Part shown: positions 49,178-63,361 of the stretch, in pieces | Position numbering within the stretch: the stretch's first letter is position 1 | Layout: the number at the start of each line of letters is the position of its first letter | Assembly (NCBI GenBank): GCA_951406725.2 | Contig: OX597831.1 | Location: 49,724,001 to 49,788,000, forward strand | Reading direction: 5' to 3' | Origin: Octopus vulgaris | Taxonomy: Eukaryota | Length of the DNA: 64,000 nucleotides | The notes under the pieces: generated by a model | What the model was told of the DNA's origin: nothing | Database searches by the model: none | What the model saw: only the letters and a program-made list of their open reading frames with translations | Translations under genes and position numbers: made by a program

Positions 49178-52100
49178 TGTCTTTTATGATCTCTGCGTAT
49201 TCAATTTATATAATATTGTATTTTAGAGCTTAGTGAAATTGATACGTAAAAGAAAAAGGCTAAAATGTCAAGAAGAAAATAAACGATGCGAAGTGGTCAC
49301 GCCAGTGAGAGAGCCTTCGCTCTGTTGCTAGACCTAAACGAAACAGCAGTTAATCACTATTTGGACAAAAATCGCGATCTACAAATAATTTTACCACGAA
49401 GTATGAGGTCTCTGAAATAGATAAAGTGAGTCTTTGTCACATCTGGGTATTATATGGGAGAAAAGAACAATAATATCAACCAGCAGAAAGGAAACAAAAA
49501 ACAGTAACAACAAAAGGGGCTTTGAAGAAGTTTTTTCACGAATGATAACCATTCTTTCAGATATTTATTCGAAGCTACCGGGGTCTAATTTCGCAGCAAA
49601 TCTAAACCACCTACAGATATGGCTCCTTATATTTATGACAGGTACTGTATTGCTATTCTACTTGTTTTGGTATTAGATAAATGTTATGGTACCTGCAACC
49701 CCTTTCTAAGCGTATAATGGGGAAATAAGTGAAATAAGTTTGAAATTCCGATGCAATTTACTCTCTATAAGTTAACCTGTCTTCGTGAATATTGTTAAAT
49801 AATATTTGTCATTTTCAAGTTTGACAATATGGTTATTATTACAGCAGCTCAAAATTGATACGAATCATAAACTAATGTATTCTTTAATTGGTTTTCTGTG
49901 ATATATAGATGATATTTCATGCATGCTGCCTTTTAAACGGTCTGGCTTTGGAATGGAAACGGTCGTTTGAAGATTCTATCATCTGCAATAACATTTTGAG
50001 ATATACGGGACAGGTTTCTTATACAGAATACTGTTGGTTCATATTTACATTTATTAAATTCTCATCAGAAGAAAAGCGCATAGTTATGTTTGGGTTATAA
50101 ACACACCACCATGTTTCATCACCAGCTCTTAGTATTCGACGTTTTTACTTCAATACACTTAGTTGTAGTTACTCAGCCTATAATACACCTAGGGTCGCCT
50201 TTGCAGACATATTTCTGCAGATATTTCGTGTGGCTCACTACTACATCGATCTCAGTCTAAAATAGTCCGTTTTAAACATTTAACTAAGGCTGAAATAATA
50301 ATAAAAGAGATACCACAGGATCGAATGGGAATACCATAAAGCATTGGAGAATCTTTTTTTTACTCAAAGTACTGAGTTCCAGTCAATCAATAAATGGTCT
50401 GGGGTCGTTAGAGAACTACTGATTACCTGACATCTGCTTTCAGCTTTGTCACTGAAGTTCTAATCTGGACGATATAATAATGCCCTTGAACTACAAAACG
50501 TAGTCTTTAAAGATTTTTTTTATTGTTTGAGTTTGCAGTACTGGGTAGTATAGAGGATTACTGCTAGCCCACGATCCTACAAAGCAGCTGCCGCGTGTGC
50601 TCTCACCATTTTAGGAATCGCTGCAAAGTATCCCTCAAATTGCACGTAGTCATATTTAAAGGTCGCGTTTTCATAGCACTTAGCTATATGTAGGTCCATA
50701 GAATAGGAAGATTGTATGTGTTATACATATATAAAAACGGCGATGGGAAACGACATCAGTGTATGTAAATTCTTCGTATTCCCTGACCGGATACTGAGTG
50801 GAGTAACCGAAGTCTGGTTTCTTGATGTCAAGCGATCTCGTGCAGGTGAGTTTCAAAATACTTAGCAGTAAATTTGCTTGATGTCTATGACTAGGTAGTC
50901 CAATATTTTAACTTCCTGGATATATTATCTTTGAAAATCACATTGAATATTTTCCCGTTTTAGATGCATTTCCTTTTCTCCTTGAGTACATCAAACTACT
51001 ATCAAGTCAATGGTGTATAATCTTTTATATTTGCCACAACTGCAGTGAAATTTTTAGAACGGAAAATAGAACCTATAGTCCGTGAAAGAGACTCGATGAA
51101 AAAGGTACTTTCCCCGGAGAACCTTCGAATCGCTTCGAGCCAGTGGAGAGCTGTAACATGATCGCTCCAAGTCGAAAGTGAAACCTCTAAGCTAACTCTC
51201 TGAGTTAACAAGGCTCACCTACGGAACGCAAAATCATCTAGCAGCTTTTCAAAACCTATATCGAAAGAAATCCAAAAGGAAGGATGTATTGGAATATGCA
51301 GTGTAAAGTGAGATTTAGATATAAGGCAGATATGGCAAAGTCGTCAAAAGCACGGACAGAATGCTTCGCGGCATTTATTCTGAATCTTTGCCTTCCGAGC
51401 TGAAATCTCAATGTTGGCAATTTAGGCTAAATATCGATCCAATTCAGGATCAATAAATATACAGAGCGATGGATTGATGGTGCTGTAAAAATATCAAACT
51501 AGGCGCCTGTGGTATTTGACCTTGCACATTGATTCCTGAGTTCAAATCCCGCCATGAACTAATTGTGTGACTGATTTTATCTATCACACGTGTCGGCTTG
51601 CATGCCTTTAGCGTAGTCCATTAACTTACATATTTATCTACAGTTTGAGAATACGTTCCGTCCTCCTCTCCCGGCAGGCACGGAGGCCCTGTCGAGTGTT
51701 ATCGAACTGCATTCGAATAAAAACGATTAAAAGACGAGAAAGAGTGTTATTAAATATTAAATATTTTGATCAGTGTTTGATACGGGATTAAACAAGTCAC
51801 CAGTTTATATATTTCCTATGTAAACATAAGATAACAAAGTGATGTTAAAAGATATATTATTAAATGATATTTATGTTTTTCTCAAATGTATTAAAAACGT
51901 TATTGAAAAAAAATATATCAAGGTTTACATTTCTTCAATAATACTCACATACTATATACGCTTATGCTTGAATAAGAAACAAGTTCTGTGGGAAAAAAAA
52001 TCGAAAATTTCCTAAAAACCTTTAAAACATGTAGCATAAAATGCGCCATCAAATCGTATTTTTAGATACTGTAACCCAAAATATAACCCTCAACGACAAC

Positions 52101-52492
52101 TTCCAATATAAAGATATAATTTATTAATAATCGATCAAGCTTTGTCGCGGAAAAGGTTATTTTATAGCAGAAAGAATCAGAACATTAATAAAACAAAAAC
52201 GAAAGATTTTATTTACATAAAAAATACATACCAATATACAATAAATCATATGCATACATCTATATATCTATATCTCTATATATATAAGTATATACATATA
52301 CATCCATATATATACATGTATACATATATGTATATGTAAGTAAATATTGATGCCATATATTTACCAACATATGTGCATATATATGTGTATATTTAACCAC
52401 ACATTATTTATACACACACACACACACACACTCATACACAAGCATATATAGATTCAAACAGTTGTACATGCGTTTGTATGTATTTATATATA

Positions 52493-52587
<95 letters not shown>

Positions 52588-52797
52588 GATGTGTAGATAG
52601 ATAGATAGTTCTTAAATAATATCAAAATGTGTATTTGTGAAACACTTTATGCGAGTTATCGGCAACTTGATTAAAAAATATTGAATTTAGGGTGAATGCA
52701 TCTATGTATATATGTATGTACTATGTTTGTATATACATATATATGTATGTACGTGCGTATCAGTGTATGTATGTATTTATTTATTAATGCATGTAAG

Positions 52798-52830
<33 letters not shown>

Positions 52831-52992
52831 ATACATACATAAATAATACATAAATATACATATATGTATACGCAAAATTGCCAGAAATGTATATTAATAG
52901 AAGCAATACAAATATTGTTAAAATGTATAACGGTTTACAAATATATTCCTATAGACTATTTAAGTAATAAAACGATAAATGTATATACATAT

Positions 52993-53027
<35 letters not shown>

Positions 53028-53248
53028 TGTAGTTGTCTGTGTATGTCTCCTTTCGATCAGAAGAGATTGTTGGCGGCTGCATGGGATTGTTCGGAGGTAA
53101 AACGATGTGAAGCGCATTGTACCCAGTGAAGTGTAACAGCATCTAATAATCTTGTAGCTCACGTGATCACGTAACGTGACTTTATCAATACAGATACATA
53201 AAATCACACACACACACACGCACGCACATACACGTGTATATATATATG

Positions 53249-53287
<39 letters not shown>

Positions 53288-53616
53288 GTATATAAAACAG
53301 GGTTTGTGCGTGCGTGTGTTTGTCTCTGTGTGGTGCGTATCTTCTTTATGGATTCGAAAACCGAGTTGCTGATTTTGATGTATGGGGTATCAAAAGATTC
53401 AGTAATCTTTCAGCTTCCAAATAAAGTATGTGTTTTGCACAGCAAAATTTTTTTCCTACAAAAATAACCCCGTTAACCAGGTGAAGGTTGCACAGTTTTG
53501 ATGTTATTTTCGGGTAATATTCTGATTTACTTCTAATCTACACAGCCAATTTTAATGTTTTTTGGTGTCAAAATATGCAGCAATGTACAAGGAGTGTTAT
53601 GAGAGCATTTGTAATG

Positions 53617-54012
53617 CAGGCGTAGGAGCGGCTGTGTGGTGAGTATCTTGCTTCCGAGTTCAGTCCCACTGCGTGGCACCTTGGGCAACTTTCTACTACT
53701 ATAGGCTCGGGCCAACCAAAGCCTTGTGAGTGGATTTGGTAGACGGAAACTGAAAGAAGCCCGTCGTATATATGTATATATATGTATATGTACGTGTGTG
53801 TGAATATGTTTGTGTGTCTGTGTTTGTCCCACCAACATCGCTTGACAACCGATGCTTGTGTGTTTATGTTCCCGTAACTTAGCGGCTCGGCAAAAGAGAC
53901 CGATATTATAAGTACTAGGCTTACAAAGAGTAAGTCTTGGGGTCGATTTGCTCGACTAAGCGCGGTGCTCCAGCATGGCCACAGTCAAATGACTGAAACA
54001 AGTAAAAGAGTA
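53617..54012 (+). mobile_element. SINE family B
   Basis: Near full-length match. Confidence 0.9.
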
Positions 54013-54889
54013 AAACCCTCTTTCCAAAAACCATACTTTTCTGGCACAATTATTAGCAGGTTCTGTACCACCCATTTATGCTTTTTTTTTTCCCTAAAAA
54101 AAAATTTCTTCGGATTTTTGTTTTTTATATAGGAGAATACGATTTTGCCCCAAAATCCCGCTTTCAAAATTTTAATTCCCCCTCTCTTCCCCAATTTCTT
54201 GATTTTTAACTTTTTTTCCCAATTTTTTTAATCGACGTTGAAAAATACAAAAATTACGAATCAGGGAATCTTTTTCTAAATCTTAATTTTTCTGAAAGAA
54301 ACACCCAACCTCCCCCACCTCCCCAACCTCCCCCACCAATCACCTCCCCACTTTCAATGAGCTAAAAACTGCGAATGTTTCAATTTCGTCTGATGTTTCA
54401 CGCATGCGTAGAATTCTACTAAAATAACAGATGTCAAAAATATCAAACCACTACCAGAAAATCTGACTTGCTAAAAACAACAGCTAAATGACATTATTTC
54501 TGAAAAAACGACCCCGCTTTCAGAAAAGCTAAAAGTGAAACATGCGGAGTTTTTAGCTTTTTGAAAGTGGGGAGGTTGGGGAAGGGATTTGAGTGGTCCG
54601 TTAAGAAAAAAATTGAAAAACAAGTTCTTAAGGATTCGTAATCTCTGTATTTTTCTACGTTGATTGCAAGAAAGAAATTCGAATAAAGTTAAAAATTTAA
54701 AAATTAGGAGGGTGAAGGGGAAAAAATTAAATTTTGGGGGCGAAATCCGAATCTCCAATGTCCAAAGCACAGGAACCCGAAGAAAGTTCGGTAAAAAGGT
54801 GGTGGTGGGGGGGATGGCGCAAATGTCAACTCCGACATGCTAGAAACAACAACCACACTACACGATTTCTGAAAAAAACTTCCTTTTAA

Positions 54890-55110
54890 CCCTTTCACTA
54901 CCAACCTGGCTGAAACTGGCTCTGGCTCTGTAATACAAATGTTTTGTTTTCATAAGTTTTGAATTAAAATCTTCCACCGAACCTTAGTCACAATTGATGT
55001 TCCTAACACTAGCTTGATGATAACTAAGTTATTTTACTAAATTTTTTATTATATTTAAAATAATTGAAAGAAACACAAAGCATCTCAAAATAAATATAGT
55101 AATGAAAGGG
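54890..55110. mobile_element. piggyBac-type MITE, 221 bp
   Basis: TTAA at both sides (54886-54889, 55111-55114); TIR CCCTTTCA(C/T)TAC. Confidence 0.85.
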
Positions 55111-55689
55111 TTAAGACTATATCACAAACATGAATTACAAAATAAATAAAGGTCGGCGGAGTTCTGATCGAATCCCGTATTAAAACTCCTCATAACGTTT
55201 ATATTCTTAAGAATTTCCACAAATTTTTTACGATCCTGTCTTCTGCATAATGGAATTAATACGAATTTTAAAAATATCCCCCCCCCCTAATTCCAAAACT
55301 TTACACTGTCTTTCGATTTTTAAAAAACAAATTCGTTTTTTTTTTATATGGACAGTCCAATTCTGTCATTCGTTTTGTTTATAATTTCAAAATAATTTTT
55401 AAAATTCGAAATCAAAATTGTTGCGTGTTTGTGGAAGAGAAAATTATTTATTAACAGAAAATTATGTTATTAAAATAAATTATCTCTAGCATACGTTTAA
55501 ACTGTTGCGAAAAAAAAACAAAACATTTACTTGCAGAGAATTATGTTATGAAAATAAATTGTCTGTAATATACCTTTAGACTTTTGCGAATATAGTATTG
55601 AAACTCCAAATTTCAATGTGATTATGATCTCGCCAGGGGTCACTCTTTTATCTTGGAAAAAAAAAACAGGGGTCTAATTTGTTAGAAAT

Positions 55690-56760
55690 AAAGAGAGAGT
55701 GTGTATTGTGTCATTCTTCCAATTTTCCTGGCAAAGGAAATTTTGCATACTTACAATATATGACAAAATGTTTTGCCCTCTTCAGTGTAGGTAGAATAAA
55801 TATACATGAGATCCTTCTTGGCCGTGTTGTCATATATTGCAAGTGTCTCGTGTATATATATTCTACCAACACTGGCATTCTCGGATTCAGTGAACATTTG
55901 CTGAAGTGCACAGTCTGCCCAAACGTTACAGAGATGGCGCTTTTCACAATGAAGCAAATTTCTTTCCATATACCTTACCTTCTGCAATACGGATACTTCT
56001 GTGGCCTCATTTGGCACCAATTTCTTTACATCCTCAAGTCTCGTTGCTTACTTTTGCATGTTTGCACTCAAAAGCTAAATAAAGTCCTTTTCTCGTGCAA
56101 CTTATTAATATACTTTTATTCATTTCTGAGGCTTTCACCGTTCATCAGCCATCAAGCCACGCATCAGACCATTACTGCTGCTCCATCTCTGCATACCAGC
56201 ATAAACCATTCATTTTCAAGAAGCACAGAGTCCCTATACATTTATGCCAAACTGCCTACATTACTAACCCTGTTTACTCATATCCTTGTATATGTACATA
56301 TACATACAGACCAAAATGCCCCTTTTTTATTCTCTTGGCCTCAACATTGATATAAACCGATATAAAAATGCTTGCGGAAAATCATTATACTTTTGTACAT
56401 GACTTTTTCATTGGAGAAGCTAACGTATGTGTGTTGCTCACAGTTATCAACAAATATTATGGGACGAGTAAGGACAATTTAAGCTCCTACATTTCCCAAT
56501 GTGTAGCCACGGAACTAAGTTGTCAATATTGCTGTATGAGATACCAAAAGATTGATCAATCTTTCGGACACCAGCGTATAATAAGTTTTTGCACAGCAGC
56601 CCTATTTGACTACAAAAATTAACACCAAAACGAGGCTGGGTCGCAAAATTTTGAGGTCATTTTGGAGGCAATGTTACATTCTCCTTTTAATCTAAGCTGG
56701 ACTTGTACATGTTTTTGGTGTCAAAATTTTCTGCATTCTCCATGAGAAATTGACCAAAAA
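55690..56760 (-). pseudogene. Decayed piggyBac-like transposase fragment
   Basis: RFGVNF...LLYAG, IFVDN, EWFMLVCRDGAAV and a Cys/His-rich C-terminus (HCEKRHLCNVWADC) in the expected order; heavily frameshifted. Confidence 0.45.
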
Positions 56761-57040
56761 ACATGTTTATAAAGAAGAGCTGTTTGCTCGATACTCCTCA
56801 TGTGCCGATTCTGCCTAAAAGAAAGGAAAAAATGATACAATGCGGCTGTAGGTCATAACATCAGGGCAACGCCGGGATGCATTGCTGGTATATGCATCGC
56901 TGCGTTCACACTATTATATCCTTGTCTATAAAATTCGAAGCACATTTGACGCTTCCAGTGTTTCTATATGCAAATATGCATATATACATACAAACATGCA
57001 TACATGCATACATGCATACATACATACATACATACATACA

Positions 57041-57076
<36 letters not shown>

Positions 57077-57167
57077 TAAAGACTTAACGGATTTATAGAA
57101 TTATGCATAAACCTACCTGATTTTGCATATTTATGCACATATATTATATGATATTATATATGCATGC

Positions 57168-57238
<71 letters not shown>

Positions 57239-57727
57239 AGTGTCTGTATGTGTGTCGTTTAAAAAGGTGTGTAGAACTGATACAACAAGAAAATCTGTTA
57301 CAATTATATATATATAACCATACAGAGAGCTATACACACATATGCATACACACACACATATGTATCGCACATATTTTCTTGTGCCTGTGTATGTGCATAT
57401 ATGCATAATTATATGCATTTATGTATGCATAAATGTATATATTTGCTTATATGTATACTTCGAACTTTTTTTTAAGAAATACAGATGTATATTCATGAAA
57501 TATTTTCTCTTTCATATATTTTCCTCTTCTGCTTTTCTTTTGTTTATATAAGCTGAAACAATGCTTCACTATTTTGACAGCCATCTGCTCGTTTCAATTA
57601 TTTTTATACTTGAAAAATTTTTCTGCCATATTTTTCTATTATAAATACTTAATTATGGATGATATATTGATACATTTTACCTGCGTGGTATGTGGACACA
57701 TTTATATACACCCATATTTACATACAT

Positions 57728-57884
57728 AGGCGCAGGCGTGGCTGTGTGGGTAAGAAGCTTGCTTCCCAACAACATGGTTCCGAGTTCAGTTTCACAGCGT
57801 GGCACCTTGGTCAGCTGTCTTCTACTATAGCCTCGAGCCGACTAAAGCCTAGTGAGTAGATTTGGTAGACGGAAACGGAAAGTA

Positions 57885-57922
<38 letters not shown>

Positions 57923-58312
57923 GCTGTACTCTTTCGCCACAACTTTCTCTCATTCTTTCTTCTATTGGCCTGCTCGCTTAGCCAGCGGGGTGGTGTCATT
58001 TGAAGGTTAAAACAATGCGAAGCGCATCGTGAACAGCGATGTGTAACAGCATCTGATAGCCTGGTCGGTCACGGTGATCACAGTGATATATATATACATA
58101 TATGTTTGTGTGTCTTTGTCTCCCCCACCACCACCGATGTTCAGATGCTGGTGTATTTACGTCCCCGTTTTTTTCCGGTAAAAGAGACCGAAAAATAAGT
58201 ATTAGACTTAAAAAGAATAAGTCCTGGGGTCGATTTGTACGACTAAAGCTAGTGTTCTAGCATTGCGACAGTCAAATGACTGAACTGAAACAAGCAAAAG
58301 AATAAAAGAATA
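57728..58312 (+). mobile_element. SINE family B with a family D 3' fragment inserted in its internal (TA)n
   Basis: Family B head to about 57882, family D segment at 57919-58085, family B tail resumes near 58100. Confidence 0.85.
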
Positions 58313-58989
58313 ATAACATATTTTATGTACGTGTGTTTGTGTGTGTGTGAGTGTGTGTGCACGTGTGCGTGAGGATGTACCTAACTTAGTGATTAGGGTG
58401 ATGGAATAATGATCTTAAGATTGTGGCTGTGATTCTTGGAGTGAACGATGTGTTGTGTTCTTGAACAAAACACCTCCTTTCATGTTGCTCCTGTAACTGG
58501 AGTCACTTCTGGCCAATTAGACCGTTGAATCTCTTGCCATCTCCCAGAATACAGATGTCCAACGCAATGGACGACATCAAATGCAGATCTACATTCAAAC
58601 AGATTGCGACATCGTAATACCAGCGCAGCTTCGCTTGCCTCATTGCTCCGAGGCGTTGCTAAACATACCACTTGAATTGCAGTGAACAACCTTTTCTTAC
58701 AACCTTTCCCCCATCTTTTGTTGCTTACCTCCCCTTGTTTTCCTTTTCGTTGCTTCCTTGTTGAAGTTATTCTGTTTCTATTTCTCTCGATGAGTTAATC
58801 TCTTTATTCTTTTAATTTTTCCCTTTCTTATTCCATTTGTGCCACTCAGTTTCATTTCATAAGCTGATAATGCATTAGACGGATGCTTTCGAAAAAGAAA
58901 AGAAACTACAACAACAACAAACAAGTCACATGACCATTTTTATAATTGGAAATATAATTTTCTAAATGTATATCAATTACAATATGTGT

Positions 58990-60500
58990 ACATTGAAATA
59001 TTTGAAAACAAATACGTTAGGGGAATAATTTTATTTGCAATATCGTAATAATATGCGTCCTTACAAGAAAAGATATTGACTATTGTGTGAGGGATGATAG
59101 TAGTGGAATGAGACTTACTGGAAGAATGAAGGACACTATCTTCCATCTTATATTTCATCATCGCCATCTGCTTAATGAGCGAAGATCTTACTTGACGTTT
59201 ATGGATCATCATATTTTTTATAGCGCAGTGTAGGTAACTTCTCTTGCAATTTTCATGTTATGTTCATGATTAGGGTGGTTATGAAGAAAATCCTGGTGGC
59301 CTTCATCTATAAGTGCCACCTCTTTAGCAATATTCTTTGCGGGCAATTTACGTGATCCCTTTTGCATTCTCAGCTTGTTCGTAAGATAAACTTTCTCTAT
59401 GTGGCTCATACAAATTAACCACATCATTCTCTATGGTTTCTTCATTAGCAAGTGTCACAATACTTTCTTGAATTCAGTGTAGACTACATATTTGTGGAAA
59501 TTTAGTAAAGTCATGGGCACATTCTGGTCATATATTTCCAAGCACCATTCAATACTAAGAGTCTTTCTTTATCCCAAGGCTGAACTATGTTATCCGCAAT
59601 ATCCATTATATCAAAGGTTTTCAAGAAATCAAAAGCTCAAGATATACCTTGTCTATTAACTGCTTCCATATGATTGTTTCTTACATTAGATATTACACCG
59701 TGATACATTGGCTGGAGTAGAGAGGTTCTCATATTATTAGAAAAGCTGTTTAAATTCACTGTAGGGAGGAGGCTTTGAGCCATGTCTAAATTGGGGAAAG
59801 CATTGTTGTATATATTGTGTCTGGCACTGTACCTTTCTACGGCAGAACAGAGGATGTGTGTGTTAATCACTCTTCGTAAAACCATTTTAGCAATCCATGC
59901 CATATTCTTTGAACGCCAAAACAGAAATAGATTAAATTTTGCGTAATCCTTCAAAGCTCATGGATTTCAGAGAGACACATGATTAGGAATTTCATTTCCA
60001 TTTTATCAGCGACATTTCTTCTTTGCAGAAGTATCAGTGATTTTAAAATCCAGATGTTGGTTTTTATTTTCGAAAAATGAAACTTATCGCAGGAATGATC
60101 TTTCAGAAAAAAATACATTTTCGTCAATATCGTTCTGGTGTGTATACCTGTCCAGTAATAATTTTTTACAGCTTCTCGGTATAATTAGTAGCAACTTGTC
60201 TATCAGTACTGAAGCTTCATCTGTCAGCTTTTATGTTGTGGATATATAAGCGTCTCTTAACCTTTCAGACCAGCCTTTACTAGGAGGGAAAATAATTTTC
60301 ATTAGAAGTTTCACCTTTTTCTGCAAATCATCATAAAAACATTTGGCTTTTGTTTATTGCTATCGTGTCTATCGGCACAATACGTTGAATCCTATCTCTG
60401 ATCCATACACAAAGAGTCTCATTATAAATATCTCATTAAATATTTGAATAAATAAGATGTGAGCATTTATCAGATTTGCTTTTTCAGCACTTGGTTTAAT
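58990..60500 (-). mobile_element. Decayed R4/Dong-like LINE reverse transcriptase region
   Basis: Residual ordered peptides QLIDKV, FDFLKTFD, FILPVSLIPLL and LTYLF correspond to RT motifs; many frameshifts. Confidence 0.5.
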
Positions 60501-61171
60501 TTTTTCTCTACCGTCAAGTATTTTTACACTGTAGACATTGGGCTTTAATGATTTGGTAAAATGGCTCCCGCATCAACCCATTTTAAAGCATCAAGTTTAA
60601 CGTCACGTGCTCTCTGTTTCCTGTCCATTTTCGGACTAAAACCTCCAAATTCACTGCACAGATTATTTCTTTCGCTACATCTTGTATTGTAGGTAAATCT
60701 AACTGCAAAATCGACCAATAATCATCTACAACAATTTCGGCTAAACAAAGTCTGTACTTCTTCCATACCTTAAGGTTAAGGCATTGATCATTCCCCGAAA
60801 CTCCAATTGTTGCTGTGCAGAGTTTAGTTTGCCATCAGATTCCAGATATGTCTAACTAACTTCGTAGTTTCGTTTTTTTATCTACGTGTCGGAAAGACGA
60901 CTGGTAGCTTGCACATCATTTTTAAAATCACCTTCGCATATACCAATATAATTTTTGTTTTTTGATTATTTTATTTTGGAGCAATGTTGGAGCAGTAGCT
61001 TAAACATAAATCACTCAGCTCATCCTATATGCCTGGTCAAATGGGTTAGTTTCTAGGTTTTGACAGTTGCAACTTGAAGTTGGTTCTTGGTGTGACGTGC
61101 AAGTGATACCTTTAACGTTGGAGCAGCAAATGTATGAAACATATTTATCAGTAATTATATTTATACATACA

Positions 61172-61581
61172 TAGGCGTAGGAGTGGCTGTGTGGTAAGTA
61201 GCTTGCTTACCAATCACATGATCCCGGGTTCAGTCCCACTGCGTGGCACCTTGGGCAAGTGTCTTCTACTATAGTCTCGAGCCGGCCAAAGCCTTGTGAG
61301 TGGATTTGGTAGACGGAAACTGAAAGAAGCCCGTCGTATATATGTATATATGTATATGTGTGTATATGTTTGCGTGTCTATGTTTGTCCCCCCAACATCG
61401 CTTGACAACCGATGCTGGTGTGTTTATGTCCCCGTAACTTAGCGGTTCGGCAACAGAGACCGATGGAATAAGTACTAGGCTTGCAAAGAATTAGTCCTGG
61501 GGCCGATTTGTTCGACTAAAGTCAGTGCCTCAGCATGGCCACAGTCATATGACTGAAACACGTAAAAGAGTAAAAGAGTAA
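61172..61581 (+). mobile_element. SINE family B, full length
   Basis: GGCGTAGGAGTGGCTGTGTGG (A-box-like), GGTTCAGTCCC (B-box-like), (AAAAGAGT)2 tail. Confidence 0.93.
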
Positions 61582-62111
61582 GTACATACAGATATACATG
61601 CAACACACACGTACAAACACACACACACTTACAAATGGACATGCATATATACATATATTACTGGTGCTATAGTAGTAAGTTTTACAATGCCGCGTTCGTA
61701 TATTAAGATCTGAAGCTTTTTAAACACGCACGAACAATCACAAATCACACAAACACATGCATAGATACATATATGTAAGTGTATAAGGAAATACAGAAGG
61801 TTCTGTATGCAATGAAAGAATAAGAGGGTGAGAGAAAATGTGAGAAACAGATTGCAAGAAATACAAATGCGCGTAGAATTGTGTCTGACAATGCGTTTAT
61901 CGCTAGACAAGTAAAAACAAAGGTTGTTTGTGTGACCATTTATGCCGTGGAAATTAACGTCCGAAAATTGGCTTCGTCAAAATAAGTACCAGACTGACGT
62001 AAATCCTCGGGTTGATATCGTCGAGTAAAGCTTTGAAGGTGGTACGGCACCATCATCCCAGTATCGTGACAGAAATAAGTAGCAGAATAAAATCTTATAC
62101 ACACAAACACA

Positions 62112-62186
<75 letters not shown>

Positions 62187-62211
62187 ACACACACAAACAC
62201 ACACACACACA

Positions 62212-62243
<32 letters not shown>

Positions 62244-62533
62244 CAGTGGAATTCGAACAACATGGCCATATACATATGTGTATTATATATATGTATATAC
62301 TTATATATAAAGAGAGAAAGAGAAAGAGATTGAGGGAGAGAGAGAGGGGAGGGATACAGAAAGAGAGCGAGTGAGAGAGTGAGAGAGATAGAAGAGATAT
62401 ATAACGATTAGAGAAAGAGAGAGAAAGAGAGAGAGAGAAAGAGAGAGAGAGAAAGAGAGAGAGTGAGAGATACATATATACAGGGATATATTTATTCACG
62501 TATATAATTTTCACGTATATGCAGGTGTATATA

Positions 62534-62602
<69 letters not shown>

Positions 62603-62752
62603 AGGGCAAGACCGCTAGGTAGTCGGCCGTATGCTAGAAATAGATCACCAACGATCAAACTACAAAGAATGTTCTCTAGAGGAAAATTCAGCGAAACACC
62701 AGAACAATTAGGCGGGCAAGACAGATGAAAATTATATAAAAGAGCAGAATTA

Positions 62753-62830
62753 ATCACATACCGGCGGTTTCAACTATTAACAAAAGAATTACTTACATAA
62801 TCCAAATGTCCGTAGTTTCGTCAGTGCGAT
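62753..62830 (-). ncRNA. Type I hammerhead ribozyme motif, copy 1
   Basis: ATCGCA-CTGACGA-AACTA...TAGTT-GAAACC-GCC-GGTA-TGTGAT; all three stems pair. Confidence 0.85.
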
Positions 62831-63283
62831 CGTTCCGACAAATGTAATTTGAAAAAACTAACCACAGCTTTCTGTGTCAAAACAGACACGTGTTTAGTTT
62901 TACCGATTACATTAGGGATAATTTCAAATGTCTTAGTTCTAGCGCGCTAAAAATTCCGAAAGCGAAGAACTGCAGTAAATAATTTACTGCGGTTAGTGCT
63001 GTCTATTATAGAACATATTAATTTCAATATTTAAATAATGAGGGAGATAAATTAATATCAATTTAAAACCAGTAGCCTAGCATACAAAATTCTGAAAAAT
63101 CAGAGAAAATTCTAATACATGTGTATATTCAAAGGCCAAGACCACTAGGTAGTTGGCCGCATGCTAGAAATAGATCACCAACGATCAAACTACAAAGAAT
63201 GTTCTCTAGAGGAAAATTCAGCGAAACACCAGAACAATTAGGCGGGCAAGACAGATGAAAATTATATAAAAAAAACAGAATTA

Positions 63284-63361
63284 ATCACATACCGGCGGTT
63301 TCAACTATTAACAAAAGAATTACTTACATAATCCAAATGTCCGTAGTTTCGTCAGTGCGAT
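63284..63361 (-). ncRNA. Type I hammerhead ribozyme motif, copy 2
   Basis: Identical by eye to 62753-62830. Confidence 0.85.

Larger units (their letters stand above)
53285..56888 (+). mobile_element. Putative non-autonomous Helitron of about 3.6 kb with nested cargo
   Basis: A|TCTGTATATAAAA 5' end plus DINE-like CTGATTTTGATG core; the 3' end GGCAACGCCGGG...CTGG|T resembles the 47358 end. Confidence 0.55.

Noticed and set aside
50760-50855. Possible exon ending in CAG|GTGAGT
   Set aside because: A good donor alone; no convincing acceptor, reading frame or partner exon.
55679-56350. 223-aa plus-strand ORF
   Set aside because: No domain recognised; it lies antisense to the decayed piggyBac-like sequence.
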